A stretch of 64,000 nucleotides of DNA from Gracilinanus agilis. Lineage: Eukaryota. The notes under the pieces are model-generated. The model was given only the letters and a program-made list of their open reading frames with translations. It was not told the DNA's origin and made no database searches. The translations under genes were made by a program, and so were the position numbers. This document shows, in pieces, positions 14,281 through 27,933 of the stretch (the first letter of the stretch is position 1; each line of letters begins with the position of its first letter). The stretch covers positions 187,702,416-187,766,415 of the forward strand of contig NC_058130.1 in NCBI RefSeq assembly GCF_016433145.1. The letters run 5' to 3'.

Positions 14281-15718
14281 ATATGTAATATATATAAATA
14301 CACACACATATATGTAAATGTATATACACATATACACAATTTGCATGTAATTATATGCATGAGTGCTATCTTTCCCCCAAAGAATGTAAAGGCCTTGAGA
14401 AGCTAAGTCTTGGTGTCCGTAGGACCCTCTAAAATACTTGGCACTCAGAAGATGGTAAAATACTTGTTTGTTGATTCTTGATGCCAAACAACAACACGAT
14501 ACTCTTCCCCACTGGAATGTATGTCAAGGTGAACAGTAAATCAATGTTCAAAAAGATTTTTTTTAATGTAAATATTTAACAGCCTTAAAAATCTAAGTGA
14601 TCATTTATCTTGACCCCTGAAATCTTAATTGGAAAAGTTACACTTTGATAGTTTAAGATGGATGATCAGATGTCTTGATTCCATTTTTAGATTCGATTCA
14701 ATGACATCCGTCAAGTACCTCTACTATAGTATTTAATCACATGCTTTGGATCTTTCTGCTTCTAGGGAGGAGTATTTTCCTTCAGCATAATTTTCCTGTC
14801 TCTGCATGAATGGAAAGTAAAGTCTTCCCCAGATCTCGTTAGCATTTCCCAGGAGATGATCCCAGCCCGTTTCGTACTACTTGTGTAACCTTGAACAGGT
14901 CTCTCGAATGCCCTAAGCCTAAGTTTCCTCATGTGTGAAATGAGAGCCGGGAACTCTGTGATCCCTCCAGTTCCTGCCTGTTCTCAATCCCACATCCCTG
15001 AGATACGACTCTCCTAGAAGCAGCTGTCTGCCTCTTCTCTCCTTATCTGCTCTGCCCACAGCTCTCTGTCCTTTAGCTCTAATGTCAGCCATGCTAAGTG
15101 CTAAGAGAGAGCTTTTCGTGCTGGCAGTATTCAATCTGGACTGACCACAAGAAAATGACCTGATTCAAGGAAACACTCACTCCCCTGTGCCCAGGAGTGG
15201 CCAATTTCACATTTAGCAGGGCTTAGATTGTTCTGCTTGATCCTTTTTCTACTGGGTATTGTGAGGATCAAAAGAGATCGCTTATAGGAAAGTACTTTGG
15301 AAAGTAGAAGGACTCAGTGTAAAACACATGAACTTTGGAGAATCTCTATTCTTAAAATAATATGGTCCAAGTTATCCTGCCTTCATTCAAATGCAGAGTG
15401 GTGTGCCCATTAGCTAGGCAGTATATAAAAGATGTGTGAAAAAAAATACAGAAAATCAGGTTTTAAATTCTCAGTAATTTTAATTTAAAATGGAATGTTC
15501 TAATATATCAGTATAAAATTCATATTGGAAACATTTGTCTATGGGTGTGTTATTTCATCCTTTGGTGACCATTTGCAAATACTAAATTTTAGCAATGAAG
15601 ATAGAAAAACAATTCATACTGATACCTTGTAATTATTGATTTAGGAAAGATATGCCTATGTCAGCATAAGTTTTTTTTTTTTTTTACCATTTTTTTTGGT
15701 AAAAAAAATTGGTTTTTA

Positions 15719-15903
15719 GGGAGGCAGCTGGGTTGCTCAGAGGATGGAGAACCAGGCCTAGGTTCAAATCTGTCTTCAGACACTTCCTAACTGTGTGACC
15801 CTGGGCAAGTCACAACCCCCATTGCCTAGCCCTTATTGCTCTTCCGCCTTGGAACCAATACATAGTATTTATACTAAAATGGAATGTAAGGGTTTAAAAA
15901 AAA
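15719..15903 (+). mobile_element. Older SINE1-family element
   Basis: ggcagctgggttgctcag head, ctgtgtgaccctgggcaagtcac, tail gccttggaaccaatacatagtatt...taagggtttaaaaaaaa. Confidence 0.85.
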
Positions 15904-15965
15904 CAGCTTTTAGGTTGAAAATGTCTGATAAACAAAAGGTTAATTTGACATACTCCAATCTTGGC

Positions 15966-16084
15966 TAGGGGTTCTTAACCTGGGGGTCAGGAATTTGTAA
16001 TTCAGGGTATTTTGTTATATGCATTTAAAAACATTACTCTGAGAAAGGTTCACAGGCTCCATCAGGCTGCCAAAGGGGTCTATG
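15966..16084 (+). mobile_element. hAT-Charlie-type non-autonomous DNA transposon fragment
   Basis: TIR-like start (t)aggggttcttaacctgggg and internal gcatttaaaaacattactctgagaaagg...ctgccaaaggggtctatg, as recalled from ancient Charlie MITEs. Subfamily not determined. Confidence 0.6.
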
Positions 16085-16569
16085 CAGGGATGTGCTGGCA
16101 AATATTCAACAACTACTTCTCAAAAAATGTATGTATAGAACATTTTAAAGTTTAATCTGTATTATTCACATTTTCCACATCACTTTATTAAATCAAGAAA
16201 AAAGATAAATCAAGACCTGGGTTTTAGTGTTTGACATTTCTGAGGTGTAAAAAGGGCAAGTAGGTAGCTTAATGGATAGAGTGCCTGGTCTGGAGTCAGG
16301 AAGATCAGAGTTTAAATCCAATCTCAGATATTTACTAACTGGGTGACTCTGGGCAAGTAACTTAACAATTTTGCCTCAGTTTCCTCATTGGTAAAATGAG
16401 CTGGAGAAGGAAATGGAAAACTTCTCCAATATCTTTACCAAGAAAATTCCAAATAGGATCATGAGGAGTCAGATATGCCTGAAATGACTGAAAAACAACA
16501 AATGTTCATACTAAAATTTTTATAATTGGCTCTCTTGAACGAGTTCAACCTGGTTCTAGGATACCCCTA
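16085..16569 (-). mobile_element. MER63A-like hAT (Blackjack) MITE split by a Mar1 SINE
   Basis: One end cagggatgtgctggcaaatattcaacaac, other end ttggctctcttgaacgagttcaacctggttctaggatacccct. Internal aaagtttaatctgtattattcacattttccacatcacttt matches the recalled MER63 core in reverse. Confidence 0.7.
16254..16500 (+). mobile_element. Mar1-type CORE-SINE nested in the MER63A-like element
   Basis: gggcaagtaggtagcttaatggatagag head; tail gagctggagaaggaaatggaaaac...gaaatgactgaaaaacaaca. Confidence 0.88.
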
Positions 16570-17744
16570 GATATAGCCCCCACCTCAAGAGAAAAGATTA
16601 AAAGGACTTGCTCTAATCCCTCTCCTAACTCATTCTTTTTTCTTAATAATTGTATATGTCCCCTAATTATTATATAAATATATATGCACGCATATATATT
16701 TATAAATCACTTTAGTTAGCAATTGTACTATCAAGTTTCTGGCCTGGGATCTTAGAGTTTCAGATCTAGAACCAGAAGAAACCTCAGAGACCACTAAATC
16801 CAACCAACTCAGTTTACAAAAGAGGAAACTATGGTCTATGGACTTGCCAAAGATTACAGAGGTATTAGATATTAAAGGTAGAATTAGAACTCTGATCTTG
16901 TGACTCTAGTTTAGGGCTGTGTTTAGGATGCTTATGTTCCCATGGTATGATGAGAATTTATTTGTGTGTGTCTAGATTCCCCTAGTGGGCAGCTGAAAAT
17001 GCTGTATGTTCCTAAAGGTGGAGACTGTGTCTTTTATTTTCTTTCTCACTCCTCACCACACTCAGGAGAAGTATCCTGCAGAGGGCATATTCAATGAATC
17101 CTGATGACTAATGAGGTTTACAAAAGGAAGGCTGAAAACCTGTTATGGAATAGTTAGGAGCATTTCTATGTTGCCATAAATAACAGAAGTCCAAATAATC
17201 AGGCACCACCAGGACAGTTTTTACTTTCCTTTAGGGGCAAATGTCCTTGGCAGGAATTTCTCCTAATTTCATTGGTGCAACTTTAGAGAACAAAAACAAC
17301 TGTAGGAACAAATAATTTTTAAAAATACATTCCGGTTTTTTTTCTTCCTCTTTTCTTCAGTGGCAAGGGGAGAAACAATCGTGGTCGTCTTTCTACCCTG
17401 CTGAAATCAGCAGCTCCTGCTGCTGTAAATTACTGGCACTTTGGGAAATTTATTCAGATAAAGTAAATATGGTTGAAATTGCTCTTTTCCCTAAAAATAG
17501 CTTTTAGCAAAGAAACAGTCCTTGGGATCCAATCAGGACTTTATTTTATAGTAATAAGGTATGACAGAAAAAAAAAATCTTAAGTAGGGAGAATAAAGTG
17601 AATAAAAGTTTAAAGTCATATCTGTACTTAAAGAATAGATTTGTTTTCAAAGTACACTAAAAATTATCTTCTGATTTGTAATGTTATTCTCAGGAGGAAG
17701 TTAGACAAGGTTGGCATTATCTTGGCTCATGACAACTTCCTCAT

Positions 17745-17971
17745 TTGATCTTCAGTCATTTCAAGTCGTGTCCAATGCTTTATGACCCCATTTGGGGTTT
17801 CCCTGGTAAAGATACTGAAATATCTTGCGCTAGCTCATTTTACAGATGAAGAAATGAGAGCAAACAGGGTTTAGTGACTTGCCCAGGGTCACACAGCTTG
17901 GAAGTACCTGAGGCCATATTTGAACCCAGGTCTTGCTGACTCCAGGTCCCACTGTGCCACCTAGTTGCCCC
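17745..17971 (-). mobile_element. Mar1-type CORE-SINE
   Basis: ttcagtcatttcaagtcgtgtcc...gaccccatttggggttt...agctcattttacagatg...ctgtgccacctagttgcccc. Confidence 0.85.
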
Positions 17972-18211
17972 CTAACTTCCTCATAACAAACATTTATTAA
18001 TTGCCTACTTTCTGAGAGGTGTTTTATGGAACCTCCCCAAAATATTTCTTCTATATTGTTTCACACATATATAATATATATATAAGCAATAAATGCTATG
18101 TGAATTCATAGTCAACAGTTATGTCTCCAAATTCTTAGACCTCCAATCCATCATACTATATCAGAACATGCTAGTCTGAATTGAGAACTTAGTAGACATT
18201 TTCCATCCCTA

Positions 18212-18385
<174 letters not shown>

Positions 18386-19029
18386 CTAATAATGGGAAGG
18401 GGAAAGAAAGCCAAAGAACCTAGTCACTAGTGAGTAAAAGACTTCATTTGCTGTTAGAGGGCACTTCCAGTGATACCACTACACTTAAAATCTGAAGCCA
18501 GAAGGGGCTACCACCCATAAATGTCCCCTAAATAACCATCACAACTTGTGGCACTCAGGTTCTTACACCATCCAGAAACCTGTGGGCTATGATACAACAT
18601 ATTCCACGAGATTCGCTCTGCCAAAGGAATGAAGTCCCAGAAATTGGGATTGTGCCAAACTAGTGGCTTTGTGATGTGAGAGGTTATTCATAAGTGGTCT
18701 GAACAGAGAGAAGTAGAGCAAATTTACTCAGGCTCTTCAACTGGGCTTAAAACCGGAAAATGCTATCCTGCCACCTAGACTGAACATGAGTCTTTGCACT
18801 TTTTGCATATTAACCATCACGAAGAAAATAGTCACAGATGAGATGACAATTTTGATATTCTGATGCTTTCCCTATTCTTCTTCTTTCATTAGATGAGAGG
18901 CTTCCTTTTAGCCAAAATAGCACCAAAAGAGTCCCCGCACCCCCAAATTCAGTTTATAGCATTAGTGAAGAAGCTTATAACAAATATTCAATATGCAGCC
19001 CACCAGAAACAGTGCAGTCGGGGGTCTTA

Positions 19030-19200
<171 letters not shown>

Positions 19201-20989
19201 CTATTATCATGTTCTAAGAACATTAAGAAGTCACAACTGCTGGTTCTTCCTCCTTTTAAAAGCCAGTTTCCCTGCTGACATCATGAAAGGTTCCTTTTTC
19301 TCTTAAGAGTCAAGAAGAGAAAGGAAAGAAAGAGACCGGTCACTTTATTGTTGTAGTCAAGCCACAGCAATAATTTATTACAATGGTTATTTCAAAATGT
19401 TATAATTGGAGCACCTCTACAGAGATTTCTTGTCCTCACCAGATCTGAGGGAGTTTGGCTTTCAATTCTCCAAACACTTCCCAACAAAGGAACCCGTAAA
19501 AGAGATTTTTAATATACCTTTCCTCCCTACACAGTATGAAGTGAAAGGGTTTTTAGGAAAATCAATGAATGGCTATTAGTCTATGATTTTCTTTGTTATA
19601 TGTTTAAAACATTTAAAAGGTTATCTGTGACTGCACATAAAGCTAACACTAGAATGCAATTTCCTTATAGCTCTAGTCAGGGTAGCATTAGCCACATTTT
19701 TGAGATCTGAAAAAACACAACATATTTTCTTCAAAAGGTAAAAGGAAAGAAATTTTTAGCCAGATGTAACTATATGACTAATTGAAGTGCAGAAAGAAAT
19801 ATCACTAGATTTTGGCTGGAAAATAGTGATAGTCCAATATAAAATTATAGGTATTAAGATTATTTACACTTGCTTATCATACACTTGTTTGTTATAAACC
19901 CAATAATACCTAATATATAAAATCTACTCATATAACTTATTTATGTTATACTTTAAAATTTTTTTGCAAATCCAAAAATAAAAATATGGTTTTCTATAAT
20001 AGACTCACATATAGAAAATTGACAGAATGTGATTAAAAGTAAATTAACAATTTATGTAATGTTTAATTAACCTACTACAAGTGATCATGTTGTTCTCATC
20101 TCTGAGGGCCAGGAAGACAAGGTCCCAGATGAAGAGAAATTGATTATTAAGTTAACTGTTTTTTAAGAAAAACCTATCAGGCCAACTAGACCACCCACCG
20201 GCAGTATTTGTCACTACTTCTGCTGTAGCATATCAAATTAAAAAGAGAAATGTAATTTTTCAGAAAAAGATGTTATAGAAAAAGAAGGAAGAATAGTAAT
20301 ATCCTAAATTTTTAAAGAATTACTTGGGAGAGAAAAAATTCAGTCAAAAATAATAGTAAATGGAAAACATTTTGGATACCTGATTATGTTCCAATTTTGA
20401 AACCATATCATCTTTAACTTTTCAAAAATTCTCTGGTATCAATGAGCACAAATTAAAAAATTTAAACCTGGCAATAAAGCCAACCCAAGATTATCCAATG
20501 CACTATAAAGGAATTAAGGGTCTCCTACTTTCCCAATTGGTCCCCACTGCTCACTTTTATCTACTCTATTTGAGGGATAAACAGGTTTACTTGTGTTAAT
20601 GATGTACAGCCCTAGACTAAACAGAGTGCTCTTCTCCCAGGTTGCTAGCCAGCTTGGTTATAGGATCTTAGGGGGTAGGAGACTTGCTTGGCTTTAAAAG
20701 ACATTTCTCATCAGCTGAGCATGTGTGTGGAAAATTAGCCATTAGAGTGCTGGAAGGCATAATGTTTGGGAGGCAGATTACAAGAATAAGCATGCAGAGG
20801 TCCTGATAATATCAATAAAAGATTCAGGTATGCATGTGCTTAATATCATCTCCAAGAATTTACAGATGATATTTAAAAGGTGAAACCAGGACATTGAAAA
20901 TTGAAAACTTATTATAAGAGGCTGTTTTGATATCAGTGATCTTTATATATTTGTAAGAAATCTAAATCTTTAAACCACTAGATTTGAAA

Positions 20990-23410
20990 TGGCAATTTAC
21001 CTGTGTTAGCTGACTGCTTATATTATTTATTTCTCCTCTCTACAATGTTCTTCTGTTTCCTCTCAAATTATCCTAACATTACTCATCATTCAGAGCCCAT
21101 CTCGAGTCCAATGACAGTCACCCAAACTGATCTCTTCAATCAAGTTCTATTGTACTCCTTGTTTGCATTATTCATGTCCCAAAGCAAACTTTATATCTTT
21201 TCTCTCAACTTATCTTCTCACTTCATTATTTCTGAAGATAGCACTCAATCTTTCATTCATCCAAGATTGTAACTTAGGAGTCATCATTGCCTCTGCCACT
21301 TCTCATTCCTCTCCCCTTCCATCCAGTTTTGAATGGGTTCAATTATCAACCTCTGTGCAAATGACTCCCAATGAAAATGACTTTTTCTCTCATTCCTTAG
21401 TTCCGGTCTCACTTCTCCCAACATCTCCTGGACAACTCCAGTGGCAGGTTCTTAGCACCTCAAACTTAGAACATCAAAATCTAAACTCAGCATCTTTCCC
21501 TTTAAATTAACCCTTCTTAATTTCTATTGTTACAATGATGGAATCAACCATCTTTCCAGTCATGAAAGTTTAAAACCTTTGGAGCCATATCTGGCTCTTC
21601 TTCCTCTCTTATTACTCATATCCGATCAGCTGTTTTGTTAACTGTTTGCCCCATTCTTGTCACAACCACTCCTTTCTTACCAATCACGATAACACCCTAG
21701 GTTCAAGCTTTCATCATCTCCAACTTGACCTATAAAACACTTACTTACCTTTGGATCATTTTGCCTGCATCCCATCCCCACTCTGCTCTAATCTTGTAGC
21801 TATCAAATAATCTCCCCAAAGCACAGCTCTGATAGTGTTACTACCCTGTGCTAGAAGCATTAGTGGCTACCTTTGCTTCTAGGATAAAACACAATCTGTT
21901 TAGCCTAGTATTTCAAGCCCTGTACAGTTTAGTTACCATCTACCTTCTGAGCCTTAGTTCACCTCACCCCTCCTTGAGACAAATGGCTTCGTATTGGGAT
22001 AATACTGCCCACACATATTTTGCAATGTTGTGCAGACTGAATGAAATAGATATAGAAATAGAAGTAGATATGATCAGGAAGTCTTTCCCAACTCCTATTA
22101 ATTATAGTGCCTTCCTTCTCTTAATTATTTCTTGTCTTGTGTATAATTTGTTTATACATATTTGCTCATTATCTGCCCCATTAGATTATAAGCTCCTTGA
22201 GGGCAAGGGGCTGTCTTTTGTCTCTTTTTGTATCCTCAGAGTTTAGCATAGTGCCTGGTAAACAGGAGGTGCTCAATGAATGCATTTTGACTCACTGAGT
22301 CTATGTTCTCAACAGACTAAAGTGTTAACTATTCCCCCAGACTCAAGATGCAATGTCCTGCTTTTGTCCAGGCCATCTTCATGTTTGAAATGTATTCCTT
22401 CCTCATCTCTATCTTTTGGGATTCTACCTTTTTTACTTGGCTCAGTCCAAGTGCCAATTCTTCCATCAAATCTCCATGAACACTCATCCTATAAAGTCTC
22501 TTCTCTCATCTTACTTTTTTAAGAGCACTTTTTATGGATTTCTCCTTTCCCTCCACTAATTTGTAATTTTTATCCATGGTATTGACAGGAGCCTTTTTCA
22601 CAAAATAAAAATGGTATGAGATGCAGATGATTTTCTTTTTTAATCAAAGTATCCAAGGATAGTGCCTTGCACATGTGAAGTCTTAATAAAATGGTTTTCT
22701 GGATTGTTATTAAAGTGAATCCTTCATATTTATATATGATCAACTTTCCTTTATCTACAGAACTGATTCTGCTAATTCTCTGCTCAAAAACTGTCCAAGG
22801 TTCTCTGTTACAATAAAAAAAAATTCAAATTCCTCTCCCTGACCTCCGAAGCCTTCCTCTTGCCACCCTACTTTTCAAGTTCCATCTTTAACTACTTCTC
22901 TACTCGTAATTAATGCTACAATCCCTTGGACTATTTTCAGTTATCTCCTGGTACACATTCCTACGTCTGTAACTTTGCTAACAGGGTCCCCCATGTCTGG
23001 ACAGTGCTCTCTTCAGCTCCTCACTTACTTAATCAGTTCCTACCTATCTAAATCAAATATTACCAACTTAAAAGAGCCTTTTATTTTTTCTCAAGTCAGC
23101 AAAATAATTTTCTCTTAAAAGCACAAAGCATGTGGTTTCTCATTTCCCTAACGCACCCATTTCATACTACTTTGTATTAGATATTTTTGGATCTATAGTA
23201 TCCCCATACTAGACTGTAGACAAGCTCATGAGGGTAGGGTGCTTGCCTTAGGTGAACTTTGGATTTTTGCCAATTCTGTAGCAGTTTTCTGTGTATAGTA
23301 GATGTATTAAATGTATTTGTGTAACTGAAATGAATTTTGACACACATTGCCCTTGCATTGTTATGTAATTGTTTCATGTGCTTTTATCTCATCTCCACAA
23401 GTAGGTGACA
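20990..23410 (+). mobile_element. Cluster of L2 LINE fragments; clearest 3' end at ~22290
   Basis: Pyrimidine-rich L2 text (ctaggataaaacacaatc..., ccattagattataagctccttgagggcaaggggctgtctttt...agcatagtgcctgg...gtgctcaatgaatgc), with further tails at ~22660-22700 and ~23200-23410. Confidence 0.75.
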
Positions 23411-23821
23411 AAGGATGATAGGGGGCACTTGACACGGCTATACTGTTGCTTGAAGTCCAGCCTACAGAAGTCAGGAAGGCTGGTCACCGAGAGGTAATAA
23501 TTTTGGGAGGAGGGCACCAGCCCAGGCCCCACCTAATTTATTAATTGACTGAGTTATCTATTTAGGAAGCCTGCCTGTTTAAATGTTTAAAGAGTTTTAC
23601 TCAGCATTTATAAAGGAAGGACCCAAATGTAAGATATCAGTATTTAGACCTTGAAAAAGAAACTATTCTTGATTTAGTTTACTGTTAGTATAGGCAATTA
23701 ATAACTTATTGCACTTGAGAGAGAAACTGTATGGCCTTAGACCAGTCCCTTAAATCCTTTGCATTCTGTTAAATCGAAAGGCCTCTGATCTTTACTGTCT
23801 TTACTGTAAAATAGGGGCTTA

Positions 23822-24063
23822 GGGCAGTGAAGTGGCATAGTGGGTAGAGCATTAGGCCTGTAATCAGAGAGACCTGATTTCCCATCTTGCTACAAATATC
23901 TCCTAGGTGTGTGACCCTGGGCAAGTCACTTAACCCTGTTTACCTTAGTTTCCTCTTTTGTAAAATGATTTAGAAAAGGGAATGGCAAACAATGCCAGCA
24001 TGACTACCAAGAAAACCCCAAATGGGGCCACAAAGAGTCAAAGATGACTGAAACAACTGAACA
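23822..24063 (+). mobile_element. Mar1-type CORE-SINE inserted in a MIR remnant
   Basis: gggcagtgaagtggcatagtgggtagagc head; tail aagaaaaccccaaatggggccacaaagagtc...caactgaac. Flanks resemble each other: aaaataggggctt and aaaatagagggttt. Confidence 0.85.
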
Positions 24064-24819
24064 AAATAGAGGGTTTGACCACATGCTGTCTAAATTCTTT
24101 TCTATTTCTAACATCCTCTGACCTCACAAAAGTGGATAGTCTAAAAATTCTTTATATTAGCTATAGGAATATATTATAGATGGCTTTCTTCCCTCACTGA
24201 ATTGCCCTTGCTTGAGCTACTGTCAACTTTGTAAAATGTGATTAAGATTGCCTCCTCTACCAATGTTGCAGCCTCATTTCTGATTTTTATTTTCGCGCTA
24301 AATAGGGGCTAGACTACCTTGCACCCGGGGTGTATGAATACAGTGTGTAAATGATTCAAACCTTCCCCCAGATAAAGACAGCTAAGGAGATTCTTCCTTT
24401 TGAGTATGAGAGAATAATATCACTAACTAGCTCAAGATTGCCTTTTTGGGATTACATATGCAATGATAATTTACATTAAGGGAGCAAATGCAAAGTGAAG
24501 AACAATGCATTTCAGCAGAATAACAGAAGCAAGCAGGGTGATCTTACCACCACACACGACAGAGGCTTTTGTTCTACATACACCTCTAAAAATGTCTTCT
24601 CAAATCTTCATACATCATATATACCAGGAACTTGTGGTGGGAGAGATGGAACTATTCGGCATTTTAAACATAAAATTTTATAGAGAACAGATGGGAAACA
24701 CTGGACCCAAGCCTGGAATGATAGCAGACAGCTGGTGTAAAAGGGATCCTGGAGGGCAAAATATGGGTGCAGAGCTGGGCAGAAAGTACAAAGTGAAGAG
24801 GGCAGAATCTGGGGACGAG

Positions 24820-24970
24820 GACTGGACCTGTGATTTCTCTGGCATCGGGAACTCCCAGCAGAGGGGAACTTCCTCTACCAGTAGCGGTCAGCACCTTCTC
24901 TGCAACTTATAATTCTTCAGGAGCTGCCTAGAGTAGAGTGGGCAGATGTGAGGCCAGGAGCTTTTAGCCC
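24820..24970 (-). mobile_element. Mar3/MIR3-marsupial SINE fragment
   Basis: gggaactcccagcagaggggaacttcctctacc...cagcaccttctctgcaacttata...gagctgcctagag. Confidence 0.65.
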
Positions 24971-25549
24971 AAAAAGAGGATGAAGCAGATTAAAATATTT
25001 GGGAATATAGGAGAAATATTTAACAAAATAAATAAAAAATACAGATGTTGAAAATATTCAAATAGGGCTCCTTGGTTTGATGGCACCTGTTTCTCTTTGG
25101 ATGCCATCCTTAGAGAATTTAAATTAGAACGTAAGTGCTTTGCTCAGAGACAGAGTCAGCATATGCCAAAGGCAGGTCATTCTCTATCAACTACACTAGA
25201 TCCCCTTATCACCCTGGCAGGGAATGGTGCAAAATTCAATAGGAAGGGTAGGGGGAGCCAAAATGGGATAAGACAGTGAAAATGATTGGGCTTTGTTTTA
25301 GTTGGTAAACTAGTAAGCAAACTTGAGGAAATAGTGAATGAGAAAAATAGAAATGAAGTCAGATATCACCAAACTTTGTCTTAACCCTATCATTGTGACA
25401 ATTATGAACTAGGTAACACATTATAAATATACCTTATTTTGGTAAGAGATACAGTTCTTGAAAAGTTGCAGCAAAACTAAATTTTTAAGTGAACAAAAAT
25501 AGTAGCTACAAGAGAAAATCAACTAGCTTAAATTTACTTAGGGGGAAGA

Positions 25550-25736
25550 GGGACAGTGAGGTGGTACAATGGATAGAGAGCCAGGCTTAGAGACAGGAGC
25601 TACTGGGTTCAAATCTGGCCTCAGGCACTTCCTCACTATGTGACCCTGGACAAGTCACTTAACCTCTCTTGCTTAGCTCTTACTGTCCTTCTGTCTTAGA
25701 ACCAACATCAAGATAGAAGATAAAGGTTATAAAAAA
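25550..25736 (+). mobile_element. Older SINE1-family element
   Basis: gggacagtgaggtggtacaatggatagagagccaggcttagagacagg...tagaagataaaggttataaaaaa. Confidence 0.8.
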
Positions 25737-25837
25737 TTAATAAACTTACTGAGATAAATCCTGTAAGCATACAGTTTTGGATAGTGGTTTTAAAGGGAAT
25801 GTTACTAACTCTTTTAAGATTAAAAACAAATCAGGAA

Positions 25838-26040
25838 GGGGCAACAAGGTGGTTCAGTGGATTGAGGGCCAGGCCTAGAGTCAAGAGGTTTGGGGTTCAA
25901 ATCTGACCTTAGATACTTCTTAGCTGTGTGACCCTGAGAAAGTCACTTAATGCCTATTGCCTAGCCCTTCGCAATCTTTTGTCTTGAAATCAATATACAG
26001 TACTGATTCTAAGACAGAATGTGAAGGTTAAAAAAACAAA
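25838..26040 (+). mobile_element. Older SINE1-family element
   Basis: ggggcaacaaggtggttcagtggattgag head; TSD-like aaaaacaaatcag on both sides. Confidence 0.82.
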
Positions 26041-27819
26041 AACAAAAACAAATCAGATAGTTTTATTATATAACAGCCCTAAAAAATTATAATAAAGTCA
26101 AGAGGTTTCACAAAACAAAAGCTACTAAGGAATTTTTTGTTAATTATTTTTTATCTTGTAGTATAATTTCAGTAAAAATACAATAAAGAGGCTTATGTAA
26201 TTTGGCATACAAAACAAACTTTACAGCTAACTGCTTCTTTGTTCCAGCCCATCTTAGAGATGACGCATTGGAGATTTTTTTTAAAATAGCTTCATTCCCA
26301 TTTTGGCCCAGCTCAAGAGTAAAGTCCAATAAACAATGCTTTTTGCTTTTTCCTTTTTCAGGCAATTGAACTCATTTATGAATACTGAGGTTATGACCCT
26401 AAGAAGCAGACCATAGAAATTCAAAGCAAAGCTCAACAGCTTGCCATGAATTCTCAGCATGGGGTGAAAAAGTACGTGAGGCAAGACTTTTATCTTTGTA
26501 GATCCATTCTTTAAGGGGGAAAGGTGGTCATAAACATCATTTTCATTTTAGTTATCACTATTCTCTGACTGTTAAGGAGTAGGAAATTTAGGAAGGGATT
26601 CATCTTCTAGCTAAGGAAGCAGCTTTTGTACAATATCATGCCAAATCCTTCTTAAAGTGAACAGGATGAGCCAATCTGTCTAAAAAGAGAGGTGTTATAC
26701 AAAGAATACAATGATGCAAAATAAAACATTTCAAAATTGGCCCATCAAAAGAGAAACCCACATCAAAACACTTCATGTGGCAAATAGTACACTCAAGCAG
26801 GCAAATCGATTTTAGAAGAAGACAACTTATTTGAACTGCAAATGTAGATAAATTTGATGGAGTTTAAAAGTCATTATCTGCAACTGTACTGAATTTGGTA
26901 TTAACCTGAGAAATACATTTGACCCAAATCCCAAATCCAACCAAAAAACCTGGAGCTTATGTAGAGCACAGAGATTCTCCAAAGCAATGAAAATTCAGGT
27001 GGTATAAAACCAGTGGAACTAAAGATAAAATATTGATGAAACTTAGTTTTCATTATAAAGGGCTCAAATTAGGTCGTGGAACATGTCTGTCACTCACAGG
27101 CTGACATACTTCAAACAACTTTTCATATACAACCAGGCTTCTTGGTATCTTCAATGCCATCATAATTATCAGATACTTAATGACTTACAAAGAGAGCCTG
27201 GCATTATTCAAGGTACAATTTTGTTCTATAAAACCTTAAAATCATCAATTTAATAATAAAAATTTTAATAGATTTATAAGTAGAACAATCTTGTCAAGTC
27301 CTATTAATATATATAGATAGTCTCATTATTTTTTTAATAATAAAAGTAACTGAAATCCAAAATTAAAACATAATACAGGCTTTAGAGAATTGATCACTGA
27401 GAAGAAACTGGTACATGATTTCAAGAATAGTTTCAGCAACTTGTATGTGTAATAAGTTGCTTGCAGTTTGAATTATGCAATTCCTAAGCTGACTGACCAC
27501 TCACTGGGATTCCTGCAAAAGAGATTTCACTTAGGTCTTTGTTGAAGTTGATGGGATCTAAGGTTACTTCCAATTCAAAGATCCTGTGATTATTTTAGTT
27601 AAAAGCTTTTGGAAGTCAGTCAGACAACTGTATTTTAGTCCTTTTCTCTATATTAGATTTTCTTGTGTTTTGTAGAATTATGAAGAGTTAATATATTATT
27701 TCTAACGGTTCTTGTAATTTAACTATAAGAATTTTAATGGACAGATTGTTTTAGAATCACAATTTCAAGTTGGGGAAATTAAACAAGGTATTTTCAAAAT
27801 TCTCCACTATGCCCCATAC

Positions 27820-27933
27820 CTTTTCTGGTAGCTGGGATTCCACTTCCTTCTTCAATCTCCTCAGCAGAAATGGCCTCAGTACTTTATGAAGACGTCTAAT
27901 AATCAAAATAGTCTCTTCTTCATTTAAGTCCAC
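27820..27933 (-). CDS. SMARCA2: SMARCA2 exon 19 (114 nt): [38 protein letters not shown]
   Basis: Acceptor ttttttgtAG|GTG, donor AAG|GTatgg. Confidence 0.98.

Noticed and set aside
17335-17467. Antisense exon-like unit (strong + strand acceptor, donor AAA|GTAAAT)
   Set aside because: Weak donor; compatible with chance.
17491-17500. Perfect MEF2 site CTAAAAATAG
   Set aside because: About four such matches are expected by chance in 64 kb at this AT content; no supporting cluster.
24505-24912. 135-aa + strand ORF in a GC-richer patch
   Set aside because: No recognisable domain, and its 3' part runs into a Mar3-like SINE remnant.
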